In this document: positions 9,817-19,224 of the stretch, piece after piece | Layout: every line of letters starts with the position of its first letter | Position numbering within the stretch: position 1 is the stretch's first letter | Origin: Candidatus Borrarchaeum weybense | GTDB lineage: Archaea; Asgardarchaeota; Sifarchaeia; Borrarchaeales; Borrarchaeaceae | NCBI GenBank assembly: GCA_019057385.1 | Contig: JAHQJS010000006.1 | Location: 805,038-869,037, forward strand | Length of the DNA: 64,000 nucleotides | Reading direction: 5' to 3' | The notes under the pieces: model-generated | The model's input: the letters and a program-made list of their open reading frames with translations, nothing else | Database searches by the model: none | What the model was told of the DNA's origin: nothing | Position numbers and translations under genes: made by a program

Positions 9817-11574
9817 ATGAATTTCGAAGAAGGTCTCATATTGAAAACTGATGGCCATGAAACACTGATTAACTTTATTAGGCGCACGCTACTGAAAAAA
9901 GAGCATGTCATCCTCGCAACTATTTTGGCTGTAAATTTTGCATTGAGACTTTATGGCGTCATTGTTAATGTAGACCATTTTTTTCGTGAAGCTACTTTCG
10001 GCATGGCTGCATGGAGGATAGTTGACGGTGATCTTCCTTACCGTGATTTTTTTCACGCACAAGCTCCGCTTTCCCCTTATTTACTTGCTTTCGTTTTCCT
10101 TATGTTTGGAGTCGGCATTCTTCAAGCAAGGTTATTCTTGGTATTCTTTACAACCTTTACATGTTTTATGATCTTCATGGCAGGAAAAAGGATTGATTAC
10201 AAAACGGGATTGTTAGGAAGTTTGATTTTTGCAATAACCCCCCTTTCCGTTAAGTATGGCATGAATGCAGTGAATGATTTTATTGCAATGACTTTCTGTG
10301 CCATAGGATATTATTTTCTGACATCTGTCATTATGATTAACGAGAATAAAAAGAATTTGACAGCTGAAAGAAATAATTCAATTTTGGCCGGACTCTTTAT
10401 GAGTATAGGAGTTATGATCAAACTCATTGTTGCACCAATATTATTTGCCTTTATCGTTATTTTAATAATTGAAGGCATATTTTCTGAATTTGAAATTAAA
10501 AATCAGGTAAAAAAGATTTTTTTCCTTATAGTTGGATTCGTAATTCCTTTTCTAGTTGTATTTTCTTCTTTTTATCTTCTGTTCGGCGACAATTTCACTG
10601 CACAAGTTTTGGGACAACATTTGGCAAAAAAGCCAGTATCTTATGGAGAGCGTTGGAATAAACTGATGTCTCGCCTGATCATAGTAAATCCTTATTTTTT
10701 CGTATTATTTAGTTTAAGTGTTCTGTTTGCAGCACGGCAACCTTACGGACGCGGTTTAATCATTTGTTTTCTTTGCATGATATTAGCGGTATTTACTTTT
10801 GTTCCATCACAGAATACCAATTACTATCAAATTAACATCCTAATTATGTCCATGGTCTGCGGTTTTTTTCCCCTACCCGATTTCAAAGCATTAAATTTTA
10901 AATCACTGATCCCAAATTTTATAGTTATTTTGAATTTGTTGTTATATAAAATATATCGCTATTCGAACTCTAATGTAGCAGGATTTGCTTATTTTGAGCA
11001 TTATTTGGCAAAGGTAGCCCTTGCAGCAACTTTAATCACCTTAATCGCATTTATTGTAATTTTAACAAAAGAAAAGCAAATTACTGAATTGAAAATTAGC
11101 GATCGAGCAAAAAAACTTCTTTCTTCCCCTTACCAAGTTTTAAAAGGCTTAAAAAACGTTCTTAATAAGGACGTAACAAAGTTGGTCCTTGCATCAGCCT
11201 TAATTGTTATAATCGCGACAACTGGTGTTTCATATCCCAGTCTTTCTGAAAGTGATAAGAAAACTATCGAATGGATTAAAGCAAATACGTCTCCTGACGA
11301 TTATGTTCTTGCTGACGACTTAAAAATCAATTTTCGGGCAAAAAGAAGAAGCCCATTTGCTGAAATTTCAACACCGAGAACACGTTTTGGTGAACTTACT
11401 GGAGAAATGTTTATTGAAGCTTGCTATGAGTTTGATATTAGAGTCGTTGTGAAAACAAGAAGGCTGTTTGACTCCTTTGATACATACGATGTCTTCCTGG
11501 AATTTCTTGAAATTAACTATGTTCCAATTAAAGAAGGTCACATAATCTATGTGCGCACAACACCTCTAAAATGA
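9817..11574 (+). CDS. GT-C membrane glycosyltransferase (ArnT/PMT_2-like), copy 1
   Basis: Polytopic; GDLPYRDFFHAQAPL motif; soluble C-terminal WIKANT.PDDYVL domain. Confidence 0.75.
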   Translation: MNFEEGLILKTDGHETLINFIRRTLLKKEHVILATILAVNFALRLYGVIVNVDHFFREATFGMAAWRIVDGDLPYRDFFHAQAPLSPYLLAFVFLMFGVGILQARLFLVFFTTFTCFMIFMAGKRIDYKTGLLGSLIFAITPLSVKYGMNAVNDFIAMTFCAIGYYFLTSVIMINENKKNLTAERNNSILAGLFMSIGVMIKLIVAPILFAFIVILIIEGIFSEFEIKNQVKKIFFLIVGFVIPFLVVFSSFYLLFGDNFTAQVLGQHLAKKPVSYGERWNKLMSRLIIVNPYFFVLFSLSVLFAARQPYGRGLIICFLCMILAVFTFVPSQNTNYYQINILIMSMVCGFFPLPDFKALNFKSLIPNFIVILNLLLYKIYRYSNSNVAGFAYFEHYLAKVALAATLITLIAFIVILTKEKQITELKISDRAKKLLSSPYQVLKGLKNVLNKDVTKLVLASALIVIIATTGVSYPSLSESDKKTIEWIKANTSPDDYVLADDLKINFRAKRRSPFAEISTPRTRFGELTGEMFIEACYEFDIRVVVKTRRLFDSFDTYDVFLEFLEINYVPIKEGHIIYVRTTPLK

Positions 11575-11870
11575 AAACTAAAACATAAAGTGGAAGCTCT
11601 GATGATGAAATTTGAGTTACTGAAAAAAGAGCATGCTGTGCTCGTAATTATTTTATTTTTAAATTTTGCATTGAGACTTTATGGTGTCATTGTTGATGTC
11701 GACTATTTTTTTCGTGAAGCTACTTTCGGCATGGCTGCATGGAGGATAGTTGACGGTGATCTTCCTTACCGTGATTTTTTTCACGCACAAGCTCCGCTTT
11801 CCCCTTATTTACTTGCTTTCGTTTTCCTTATGTTTGGAGTCGGCATTCTTCAAGCAAGGTTATTCTTGGT
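9977..11870 (+). repeat. 166-bp identical segment shared by the two GT genes (9977-10142 = 11705-11870)
   Basis: Base-by-base comparison, offset 1728. Confidence 0.9.
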
Positions 11871-13332
11871 TTTTTTTACAACCGTTACATGTTTTATGAT
11901 CTTCATGGCAGGAAAAAGGATTAATTACAAAACGGGATTGTTGGGATGCCTAATTTTCGCAGTAGTTCATTTATCTGTTATGAATGGCATGGTGGCTGTT
12001 AATGATTTCATTGCCGTGACCTTCTGTATTGTTGGATACTATTTTTTAACACCCGTCATCATGGGGAACAGGTACAAAGGGGAATTTCTTGCTAATCGAA
12101 ACTGCGCATTTTTGGCTGGAGTTTTTTTAAGTATCGGAGTAACGATCAAAATCATAATTGCACCAATATTGCTCGCCTTCATTGTTGTTTTGGTCATAGA
12201 AGGACAATTTGCAGGAGTTAGAATCAATGAACAGGCTAAAGACCTTGCTTTTCTTCTTCTTGGGTTTATAATTCCTTTTTTAGTTGTGTTTTCGCCTTTC
12301 TATTTAATAGTTGGTAACAAAATTACACTGCAAGTATTGGGGCAACATTTAGAGAAGCCTTTTGTGTCATGGGGAACGCGTTGGAATAGTCTAACGAAAT
12401 ACATAATTAGGGAAAATCTCTATTTTTTCGTTTTCTTCTCACTAAGTGCTCTTTTCGGGGCACGAAAACCATATGGAAGAGGGCTACTCATTTGCACTCT
12501 ATTCATGTTATTCAGCGTATTCCTGTTTGTTCCACGACAACAAGCAAATTACTACTATTTAAGCGTTCCATTGATGGCCATGGTTTGCGGTTTCTTTCCC
12601 TTATCAGATTTTAAATCGTTTAATTTAAGATCAACGCTTTTGAGTGTTATTGTTTTCTTTGGTTTCATTATTCTAAACTTCACCATTTTTATCCGATTTT
12701 ATCGTCCTCGTTTTTATTTTCCAGTTCTATCATTGCCTTTTTATAGTTATTCAAGCTATTATTGGATACAGTTAACTTTTGTAGCGTTTTTTATTGCTTT
12801 ATGTGTCTTTATCGTTTTTTTAATCAAAGAAGGACAATTTGATGGACTTAAAATTACGGATTCGGTGAAAGATATATTTTCTTCCCGTCACCAGATCTTT
12901 AAGAGTCTAAGAGGTATTCTTAGTTATGATGGGGTAAAACTCGCTCTTGTAGTGTTCTTTGTTGTGCTAATCACAGTGTGTAATGTAACATATCCCCGTC
13001 TTTCTGCAAAAGATAGAAAAGCAATTGATTGGGTTAAAGTAAACACTTCTCCCGATGAGTATATCCTTGCTGATAATTTGAAAATAAATTTTAGGTCAGG
13101 AAGGAGGTCCGCATTTGCTGAGATTTCAAGAGAGCGAACGCATATTGGCGAACTTACTGGAGAAATGTTTATCCAAGCATGTTATGATTTTGATGTTAGA
13201 GTCGTTGTAAACACAGGATTTCTTTTTGGAAAAGACGATACCTATGATGTTTTCATAGAGTTTCTTGAAGATAACTATGCTCAAATCGAAGTAGGTCACA
13301 CAATCTACGTACGTGCCACTTCCTTGCAATGA
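11590..13332 (+). CDS. GT-C membrane glycosyltransferase (ArnT/PMT_2-like), copy 2
   Basis: Tandem paralog of 9817..11574 with the same motifs. Confidence 0.75.
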   Translation: MEALMMKFELLKKEHAVLVIILFLNFALRLYGVIVDVDYFFREATFGMAAWRIVDGDLPYRDFFHAQAPLSPYLLAFVFLMFGVGILQARLFLVFFTTVTCFMIFMAGKRINYKTGLLGCLIFAVVHLSVMNGMVAVNDFIAVTFCIVGYYFLTPVIMGNRYKGEFLANRNCAFLAGVFLSIGVTIKIIIAPILLAFIVVLVIEGQFAGVRINEQAKDLAFLLLGFIIPFLVVFSPFYLIVGNKITLQVLGQHLEKPFVSWGTRWNSLTKYIIRENLYFFVFFSLSALFGARKPYGRGLLICTLFMLFSVFLFVPRQQANYYYLSVPLMAMVCGFFPLSDFKSFNLRSTLLSVIVFFGFIILNFTIFIRFYRPRFYFPVLSLPFYSYSSYYWIQLTFVAFFIALCVFIVFLIKEGQFDGLKITDSVKDIFSSRHQIFKSLRGILSYDGVKLALVVFFVVLITVCNVTYPRLSAKDRKAIDWVKVNTSPDEYILADNLKINFRSGRRSAFAEISRERTHIGELTGEMFIQACYDFDVRVVVNTGFLFGKDDTYDVFIEFLEDNYAQIEVGHTIYVRATSLQ

Positions 13333-13407
13333 AAATATCGGAAAAAAATTAATGTGTAATTATGAGTTACATGAAAGGGAGATTTCAAGTAATAATTCAT
13401 TCTAAAA

Positions 13408-13875
13408 CTAGTCTATGAATATCTCACTGAAATTATTTCCTCCGAAGAAAGACTTCAAAATCTGTTTCGTATCATCCCATCCTTTATCCAAAAATAATGC
13501 ACCGATCACTGCCTCAATAGTATCTGCAATGACTTTTTGTAATCCGTCTTTCCGAACTCCTCTCATTTGAATTATTTCATCGATTTTTTTTAACATCCCA
13601 ATTTTTGCAAGAAACTCGTCTTTAACGAGGTCCTTTCGCATTTCTGTAAGACTACCTTTATCTTTTTCACTAAATTTCGTATAAAGCAGTTCAGCAATTA
13701 GAAGATCGAGGACTGCATCTCCAAGAAAGGCCAGACGTTCGTTATTTTTGTGATTATTTTTTGGACTACTTGAATGTGTTAATGCTAAATCGAATAAATC
13801 TAAATCATTAAACCGAAGATTGTTTTTCTGAAGCCAAGCGTTGAGTAATTCTTCTCTTAATTTCTCTAAATTCAA
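13408..13875 (-). CDS. Stand-alone ribonuclease III nuclease domain (no dsRBD)
   Basis: ALTHSS, NERLAFLGDAVL, ADTIEAVIGALFLD; 155 aa; TTG start after AGGAGG. Confidence 0.85.
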   Translation of the reverse strand: MNLEKLREELLNAWLQKNNLRFNDLDLFDLALTHSSSPKNNHKNNERLAFLGDAVLDLLIAELLYTKFSEKDKGSLTEMRKDLVKDEFLAKIGMLKKIDEIIQMRGVRKDGLQKVIADTIEAVIGALFLDKGWDDTKQILKSFFGGNNFSEIFID

Positions 13876-14021
13876 ATTCTTTCCTCCTTGTAAGATTTCT
13901 GGTAAGTAATATTAATTAAAGTCTAAAGATTTTCAGAAAACTTCATCAACATCAAGTTTTGAGTTATAGAAGTCCTTATAACAAATGAAGACTTTTCAAT
14001 TATAAATAGAGACTGATTTAA

Positions 14022-14891
14022 ATGCCTGAGATAATTTCAAAATTTTTGTCAATCATCGAAACAAGCAGACCGATTATTTGGCTTTTTGCAGTTGGAACGG
14101 CATTTTGTGGAATGCTCATGGCATTGAAAAGCATTCCACCTGTCTTTGAGTTTCTGCTAATGTGCATAGCGATGATTTCTGCAACTTTTTCTGCTAATCT
14201 GGTTAATGCTGCAACTGATGTCGAAGTTGACAAAATTAATAAGCCTAATCGACCGCTTCCTGAAGGCCGAGTAACTGTTCATGAGGCTTTTATGATAGGA
14301 ATCTTTTGTCTAATATTAACTTTAATTATCTCTTTTCTATTTGGAATTGTACCTTTCCTAATTGCTATAGTCGGTCTAACTTTTGCTGTAATTTATTCTG
14401 TTCCACCAATTGCCCTGAAGGAGCGGGGAATTCTAGCTAATATTGCACTGGCATTCAGCTACAGTACACTCATTTTCCTTTGGGGCTGGGCAATAGTTGC
14501 GCCGCTTATCTTAGAATTAACTGTTATCATAATATTGATCTTTCTGCTTATTCAGATCACTGGCGCAAACATAATAAAAGATTTAGTAGACTTTGAAGGT
14601 GATCTTATAAGTAGACGAACGGTTCCAGGTCAATTGGGATTGAAAAAGACAATAATAGTTATTGCACCATTTATGGTAGGGCTTTATTTTCTTATTCCTG
14701 TATTATGGTTGTTCAAAGTTTTTTCATGGCATTATTTACCGATTTCCTTAATGTCGCTATGGGGTATCGCTATAATAGTTTTTTTGTATAAGAACCCATC
14801 AAAGGATCGGCGAATTAAAGCCTTTCTCCACGCTTTTTTCATGTCTTTGTTATCCGAGTTTTTATTTGCTGGTGTCTATGTCCTAAGCTAA
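14022..14891 (+). CDS. UbiA-family prenyltransferase
   Basis: NAATDVEVDKINKPNRPLPEG, YSVPP, KDLVDFEGD motifs; multi-TM. Confidence 0.85.
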   Translation: MPEIISKFLSIIETSRPIIWLFAVGTAFCGMLMALKSIPPVFEFLLMCIAMISATFSANLVNAATDVEVDKINKPNRPLPEGRVTVHEAFMIGIFCLILTLIISFLFGIVPFLIAIVGLTFAVIYSVPPIALKERGILANIALAFSYSTLIFLWGWAIVAPLILELTVIIILIFLLIQITGANIIKDLVDFEGDLISRRTVPGQLGLKKTIIVIAPFMVGLYFLIPVLWLFKVFSWHYLPISLMSLWGIAIIVFLYKNPSKDRRIKAFLHAFFMSLLSEFLFAGVYVLS

Positions 14892-15039
14892 GGTTTTTCT
14901 TAAAATAAAGTCTAAGAAAGTCTGAACTCAAAGCTAGTTTAGAAAAATGTTAACTAACTTCCGATGCAAATTGAAGGTCCGCAATACTTGTATCTTTTGA
15001 TCTACTAACTTTAATTGAATGGCTAGGTCCTTCATAGAA

Positions 15040-16086
15040 TCACCCCAAGGAGACTCCCCTGTTTACCGAGGAGAGGAATTGCGTTCTAAAGGATATCTTT
15101 GTGAGGATGTGACAATCTTCTTTTTTACCGCTTTGTGTAAGTCTTTTTCCAGTTCTTACACAATGTAAACTTAACCGATTGTTCAGATTTCCGCCCACAT
15201 AACATAAACCATGCTTTTTGTGGCATATTAAGGTGCCGCGTTTTAGCCCTAATGAGATTGCCCCGCCGTACCTCTTTCGTATGCCGCCTTGTGAAAACTG
15301 CAGCCGGTGTAACTGTCATCGGTGAAATCGTATCGGTTCTACATAATAGAGGCCGGTTGTAGAAGGATTTTTCGCCCCTGTTATGGCGGCGGCCATTACC
15401 CAAGCATCTACACAATGCGTTTCAAACGCCACCTTTGATTTGTTTGGTGATTTCTTCAGTCCAAAGGCCTCCCGTAATTGTTTGGTTTCGTGGCCTTGCA
15501 TGGTGATGAGGATGAGCCCTAGTTTTTCTAGTTCTGCATAAAAATAGTGTTTACCAACTTCCAGCGGACTGAAATTGCGATTCCAGCCTCGCTGATTTTT
15601 CCGTGTTGTTGCCTTGACATCCTCGCTCACTGCGTATTGTAAGGGCAGGATTTTACACAACTGACGGACAAGTCGCAACTTTGCGTCCCATCTCGCCTTT
15701 GTTGAGGGTGGTAAAAACGTTTTATTATTCCGCCTGTTCTTCTTAGATTTTCTTCGGCGGTTTTTTCTATATCTTCGTACTCTACGCATAATTTTACGCT
15801 GTGCTACTGCCTTTTTTACCCAGTCCACCGCTTTTGACATCAGGTTAAGCACCGTGTCCTCTATTCCGACGACTGAAAACCCCTCGAATTTCGTGCCGGG
15901 ATCTATACCTATTGCTAGTGGCTGTGTGACGGGATGGTTGGGATCGAACTCTAATTGGAGGTAAAATATGCCCAATTTATTACGTTTCTTAATGGCTTTT
16001 CTTTGTTCGAGAAGTTTCCTCGCCTTTGTCGGTCTGCACGGCATTAGTGGTATTCCGCTTTTGCTAACGACAGGAATTCTACCGAT
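15040..16086 (-). pseudogene. isrB: IsrB (HNH-less IscB homolog) with an in-frame TGA at 15316-15318
   Basis: PLMP, RuvC-I IGIDPG, Arg-rich bridge helix, RuvC-II SEDV, RuvC-III THCVDA, no HNH; after RFHR*(TGA) the frame continues QLHRLQFSQGGIRKRYGG...GVSLG* to 15040; no ATG before PLMP (ATC at 16086 after GGGAG). Confidence 0.85.
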
Positions 16087-16326
16087 TGCGGTCTCCCTGC
16101 CCGAGTCGAGTATCCCTTCGCCAATGCCAAGTAGGCTTAGCCTCTTGAGATGAGAGACATGACATTCAGTGGTTCTGTCGAAGAGGAGGGGACTAGGGAG
16201 GCATCCCCGACATTCTTGTAGCCCACAAGGCGTAGTTCTTGAAGTATTTCTTCTGAACTTAGGCTAGTCAAGACTTGTATTGCTACCACCATCACAAGCC
16301 CCGTCCTTCAGGGCGGGGTTCTTGAC
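16087..16326 (-). ncRNA. omegaRNA (HEARO-like) scaffold of the IsrB element
   Basis: GTCAA start, TTGACTAGCCT, GGGATGCCTCCCTAGTCCC, TTGGCGAAGGG motifs directly upstream of isrB. Confidence 0.8.
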
Positions 16327-16605
16327 CTGTTTGTGTATGTGTGATAAGAAAGATCTGATTGAACTAACATAGAGCAAAATATCATTAAGAATTCCACAGT
16401 CCTGTTGTCTTAAAAATTTTTGTTGATAAAGCATTCTTTTAAAAGGAATATACTTCCTTTGACCCTACATAGTCTATTTTCGCTTAAGGTCAAAGGCAAA
16501 AACTTAGTGAAATACAAATGAATATGCGCCTACAATTGTGCTTAGATTAAAATCAGAAAGTGTTTTATCCCTTTACATTTCAATTCTCTATGTGCTAAGA
16601 TCTTC

Positions 16606-19167
16606 TTAATTTGTAAGTTGAAGATCAACTATGCTTCTATCTGTTCCTCTAGTAACCGTGATTGTGTGGCCAGTGTCTTTAATTGTTTGTGTATGTGTGA
16701 TAAGGAAGATTTGATCGAAGGATTTATTATTCATCAATGCGCTTAATACGCCTTCTCTTCTTTCCGTGTCTAAACTTCCAAGAGGTTCATCTAAAATGAT
16801 TGTTTTAAAATAGATAGGATGTAAACCAGATGAACGAAATGGACGTATATGCCCCATCAATTCTGAGATACCCATTCGTAATGCTAATCCGAGTGCAGCC
16901 TTATCACCACCACTAAGCATGTCTTTATCTTTTTCAAGTCCGTCGACCAAATCGGTAAGTGTTATTGATACACCGTGAGTCTTCCCATGCTTAGTAATCA
17001 AGATCTCATTCATCTTATATTGTCCGTAAGTAAATTGCTGCAGATATTTCGAAACGACACTACGTAATGATTTGAAAAGTTTGTTTTGAATAACTTCTTG
17101 AGAGATAAATTGCTCTAAATATGGTTTAATTAGCACATCATGATGCTTAATAGTTGATTCTTCTTGTCGTATTCGTTTTTCAATGTCGTCTAATTTATTT
17201 ATTTCATCCAATAGTTTATTTAAGCGAATAGTTTCTTCATTAATGTCTTTTTTAAGAGAATTGTATTGGTTAAGTTTCTCTTTCTTTTCTTGAAATAAAA
17301 CTTGAATAGCAGTAATCATATCTTGCAACTTTGTAGCTTTAAATCTCTCTAGTAATCCATTAATGGTATCAACACTTAATTTATTCAAAAGATCCTGTTT
17401 CTGGCTTTCATTTTTTATTTTTTCATTTACTATAATTTCCTGTTCCTGCAAAAGTTTCTGAATTCGATCCTCTTTTTCTTGTATCTTTAATGTTAATCTA
17501 CCGATGTCTGTATTAAATTCTTCCAAACGATCCTTTTTTGATGTAAATTCATTTTTAATGCGTCCAATACTCTCGCTAAGTTCACTTATGTCGCTAATAT
17601 TATATTTAGTTAATAAATCCTCATAAGATGAGACTTCAAATGACTTTAAAAGTCGAGAAACTTCAGTTTCAAGATCTGATAAATTATGGTCTATTTGTTG
17701 GGTTCGTGTTAAACAGTGTGAAATGTTTTCAAGTTTTGAAGAATTCTGTCTAATAATCTCTAAGTTCTCTTTCATGGCACGCATTGAAGTTTCATTTTCT
17801 TGTACAAGTTTTACTAATCGATTGATTTCGTTAGTATAATTCAAGATATCTTTTTCGATTCTCTGAACAACTTCATCCAATTCTTCTTCATCATGGAATG
17901 GAGTGAAACAAGTAGGACAGTCTCCCTTTTCTTTAAGTAATTCTATATTAGATTTTAAACTGGAAATCACACCTCTTTTAGTATTTATTGTTCCCAAGAG
18001 ATCCTTTATCTTTTGTTCGATTTCTGTGAGTGATTTCTGTGCCGTCTCTTCATTATTTTGGAGCGTTTCTCTTTGTATTTTTTCATATTCTATTCTCTGT
18101 TCTAAGGTTTGAGGAAAATCAAAACCAGAACTCGATTTGATAAACTCATCGTCCAGACTTTTAATTTGCTCTGTCAGATTTAGTCGCTTGCTAATCAAAT
18201 TTATCAAAGCAGTAACGCTTTCCAGTGTTGGTAGACTCTTAATCTTTTTTTCAAGAGTTTGAAATTCTTTTTCTTCTTTAGAAAGAGTGTGTTTCTCCTT
18301 TTCTAATTCATTACGATCGTCTTTTAGAATATCATTGAGTATGGAGATTTCTTTTGAGTAACCTTCAACTTGATTTGATGCATTTTTAATTTGCTCGTTT
18401 AATGTTTCTATATTTTGGATATCTTCAATTGTTGGATACTTAACAAGTTTATCATCTAAATGCTGAATAACTTGCTCTAAATTCAATTTATCTTCATTTA
18501 ATTTTTCAATATCCTTTTTAAGTTCAGGTAACAATTCCATTTTTCCTTCAATTCTACTTTTTTCACTCATTAAATCTTGTTGCAGAGTAATATGTTCTTC
18601 TCTCATTTCTTTTAGTTCTTCTTTGATAAGATCAAATTGATCAAGTTGAAATAGTTCTTGAATTTTATTACGAAGTTCTGAGCCGCTTACATTTGCTAGA
18701 TAGTCAATTTCACCTTGACGAACAAAAAATGTGCTGTCCAGTTGTTTCCCATCGCAGTTCATAACAGATTCTAACTTCTTACAAACTGCTTTAGAACCTG
18801 AAATCGGATTGATTAATTGATTTTTCTGATTGTAATCATATATCGTTGCTATTGTCGGTTTGCCACGTGTTTTTTCACGTTTAATTCTATATCTTGCATT
18901 CCCTACTTGAACATCCAATTGTACTTTGCATTTTGCTGCATCTTTTTTAATTAATCGATCTTTTAACTCGTCAATTACTCCACAATCCCTCTTTGATCCC
19001 CACAATCCCCACAAAATCGCTTCGATAAGGCTAGATTTTCCAGATGAATTTCGACCTCTTATTGTGTATAGACCATTTGGCAATTCTGATACATTTGCCG
19101 TTTTGTCTGGTAATTCTAACCTTGAAAATGGTTTAAAATTTTCTACTACAATCGATGAGATCTTCAT
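16606..19167 (-). CDS. rad50: DNA double-strand-break repair ATPase Rad50
   Basis: Walker A GRNSSGKS, Q-loop VRQGE, coiled coils, central CPTC zinc hook, LSGG signature, LDEPLGSLD, LITH. Confidence 0.93.
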   Translation of the reverse strand: MKISSIVVENFKPFSRLELPDKTANVSELPNGLYTIRGRNSSGKSSLIEAILWGLWGSKRDCGVIDELKDRLIKKDAAKCKVQLDVQVGNARYRIKREKTRGKPTIATIYDYNQKNQLINPISGSKAVCKKLESVMNCDGKQLDSTFFVRQGEIDYLANVSGSELRNKIQELFQLDQFDLIKEELKEMREEHITLQQDLMSEKSRIEGKMELLPELKKDIEKLNEDKLNLEQVIQHLDDKLVKYPTIEDIQNIETLNEQIKNASNQVEGYSKEISILNDILKDDRNELEKEKHTLSKEEKEFQTLEKKIKSLPTLESVTALINLISKRLNLTEQIKSLDDEFIKSSSGFDFPQTLEQRIEYEKIQRETLQNNEETAQKSLTEIEQKIKDLLGTINTKRGVISSLKSNIELLKEKGDCPTCFTPFHDEEELDEVVQRIEKDILNYTNEINRLVKLVQENETSMRAMKENLEIIRQNSSKLENISHCLTRTQQIDHNLSDLETEVSRLLKSFEVSSYEDLLTKYNISDISELSESIGRIKNEFTSKKDRLEEFNTDIGRLTLKIQEKEDRIQKLLQEQEIIVNEKIKNESQKQDLLNKLSVDTINGLLERFKATKLQDMITAIQVLFQEKKEKLNQYNSLKKDINEETIRLNKLLDEINKLDDIEKRIRQEESTIKHHDVLIKPYLEQFISQEVIQNKLFKSLRSVVSKYLQQFTYGQYKMNEILITKHGKTHGVSITLTDLVDGLEKDKDMLSGGDKAALGLALRMGISELMGHIRPFRSSGLHPIYFKTIILDEPLGSLDTERREGVLSALMNNKSFDQIFLITHTQTIKDTGHTITVTRGTDRSIVDLQLTN

Positions 19168-19224
19168 TAAGATCGCCTCTGGAGCCTCTTTCCTTTTAAG
19201 CTGGAGAGGAAAGAGGTGCAGAAA

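Larger units (their letters stand above)
15036..16326 (-). mobile_element. Non-autonomous IS200/IS605-type element carrying omegaRNA + isrB
   Basis: Begins GTCAAGAACCCCGCCCTGAAGGACGGGGCTTG hairpin; ends with an imperfect hairpin ...GGGGTGATTCT followed by ATGAA; no tnpA. Confidence 0.88.
14950..16363 (-). pseudogene. Relic 3' end of a second rad50 allele, split by the IsrB element (16363-16327 + 15035-14950)
   Basis: Joined flanks read FNQIFLITHTQT-DEGPSHSIKVSRSKDTSIADLQFASEVS*, ungapped homolog of the Rad50 end FDQIFLITHTQT-IKDTGHTITVTRGTDRSIVDLQLTN*. Confidence 0.85.

Noticed and set aside
15316-15318. In-frame TGA in isrB as selenocysteine recoding
   Set aside because: The context (H-R-x-Q-L-H) points to Arg CGA>TGA, not a Cys/Sec position, and no SECIS was recognised
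15125-15415. 96-aa ORF as a frameshifted continuation of isrB
   Set aside because: The IsrB-like continuation is in the original frame after the TGA; this ORF is a shadow
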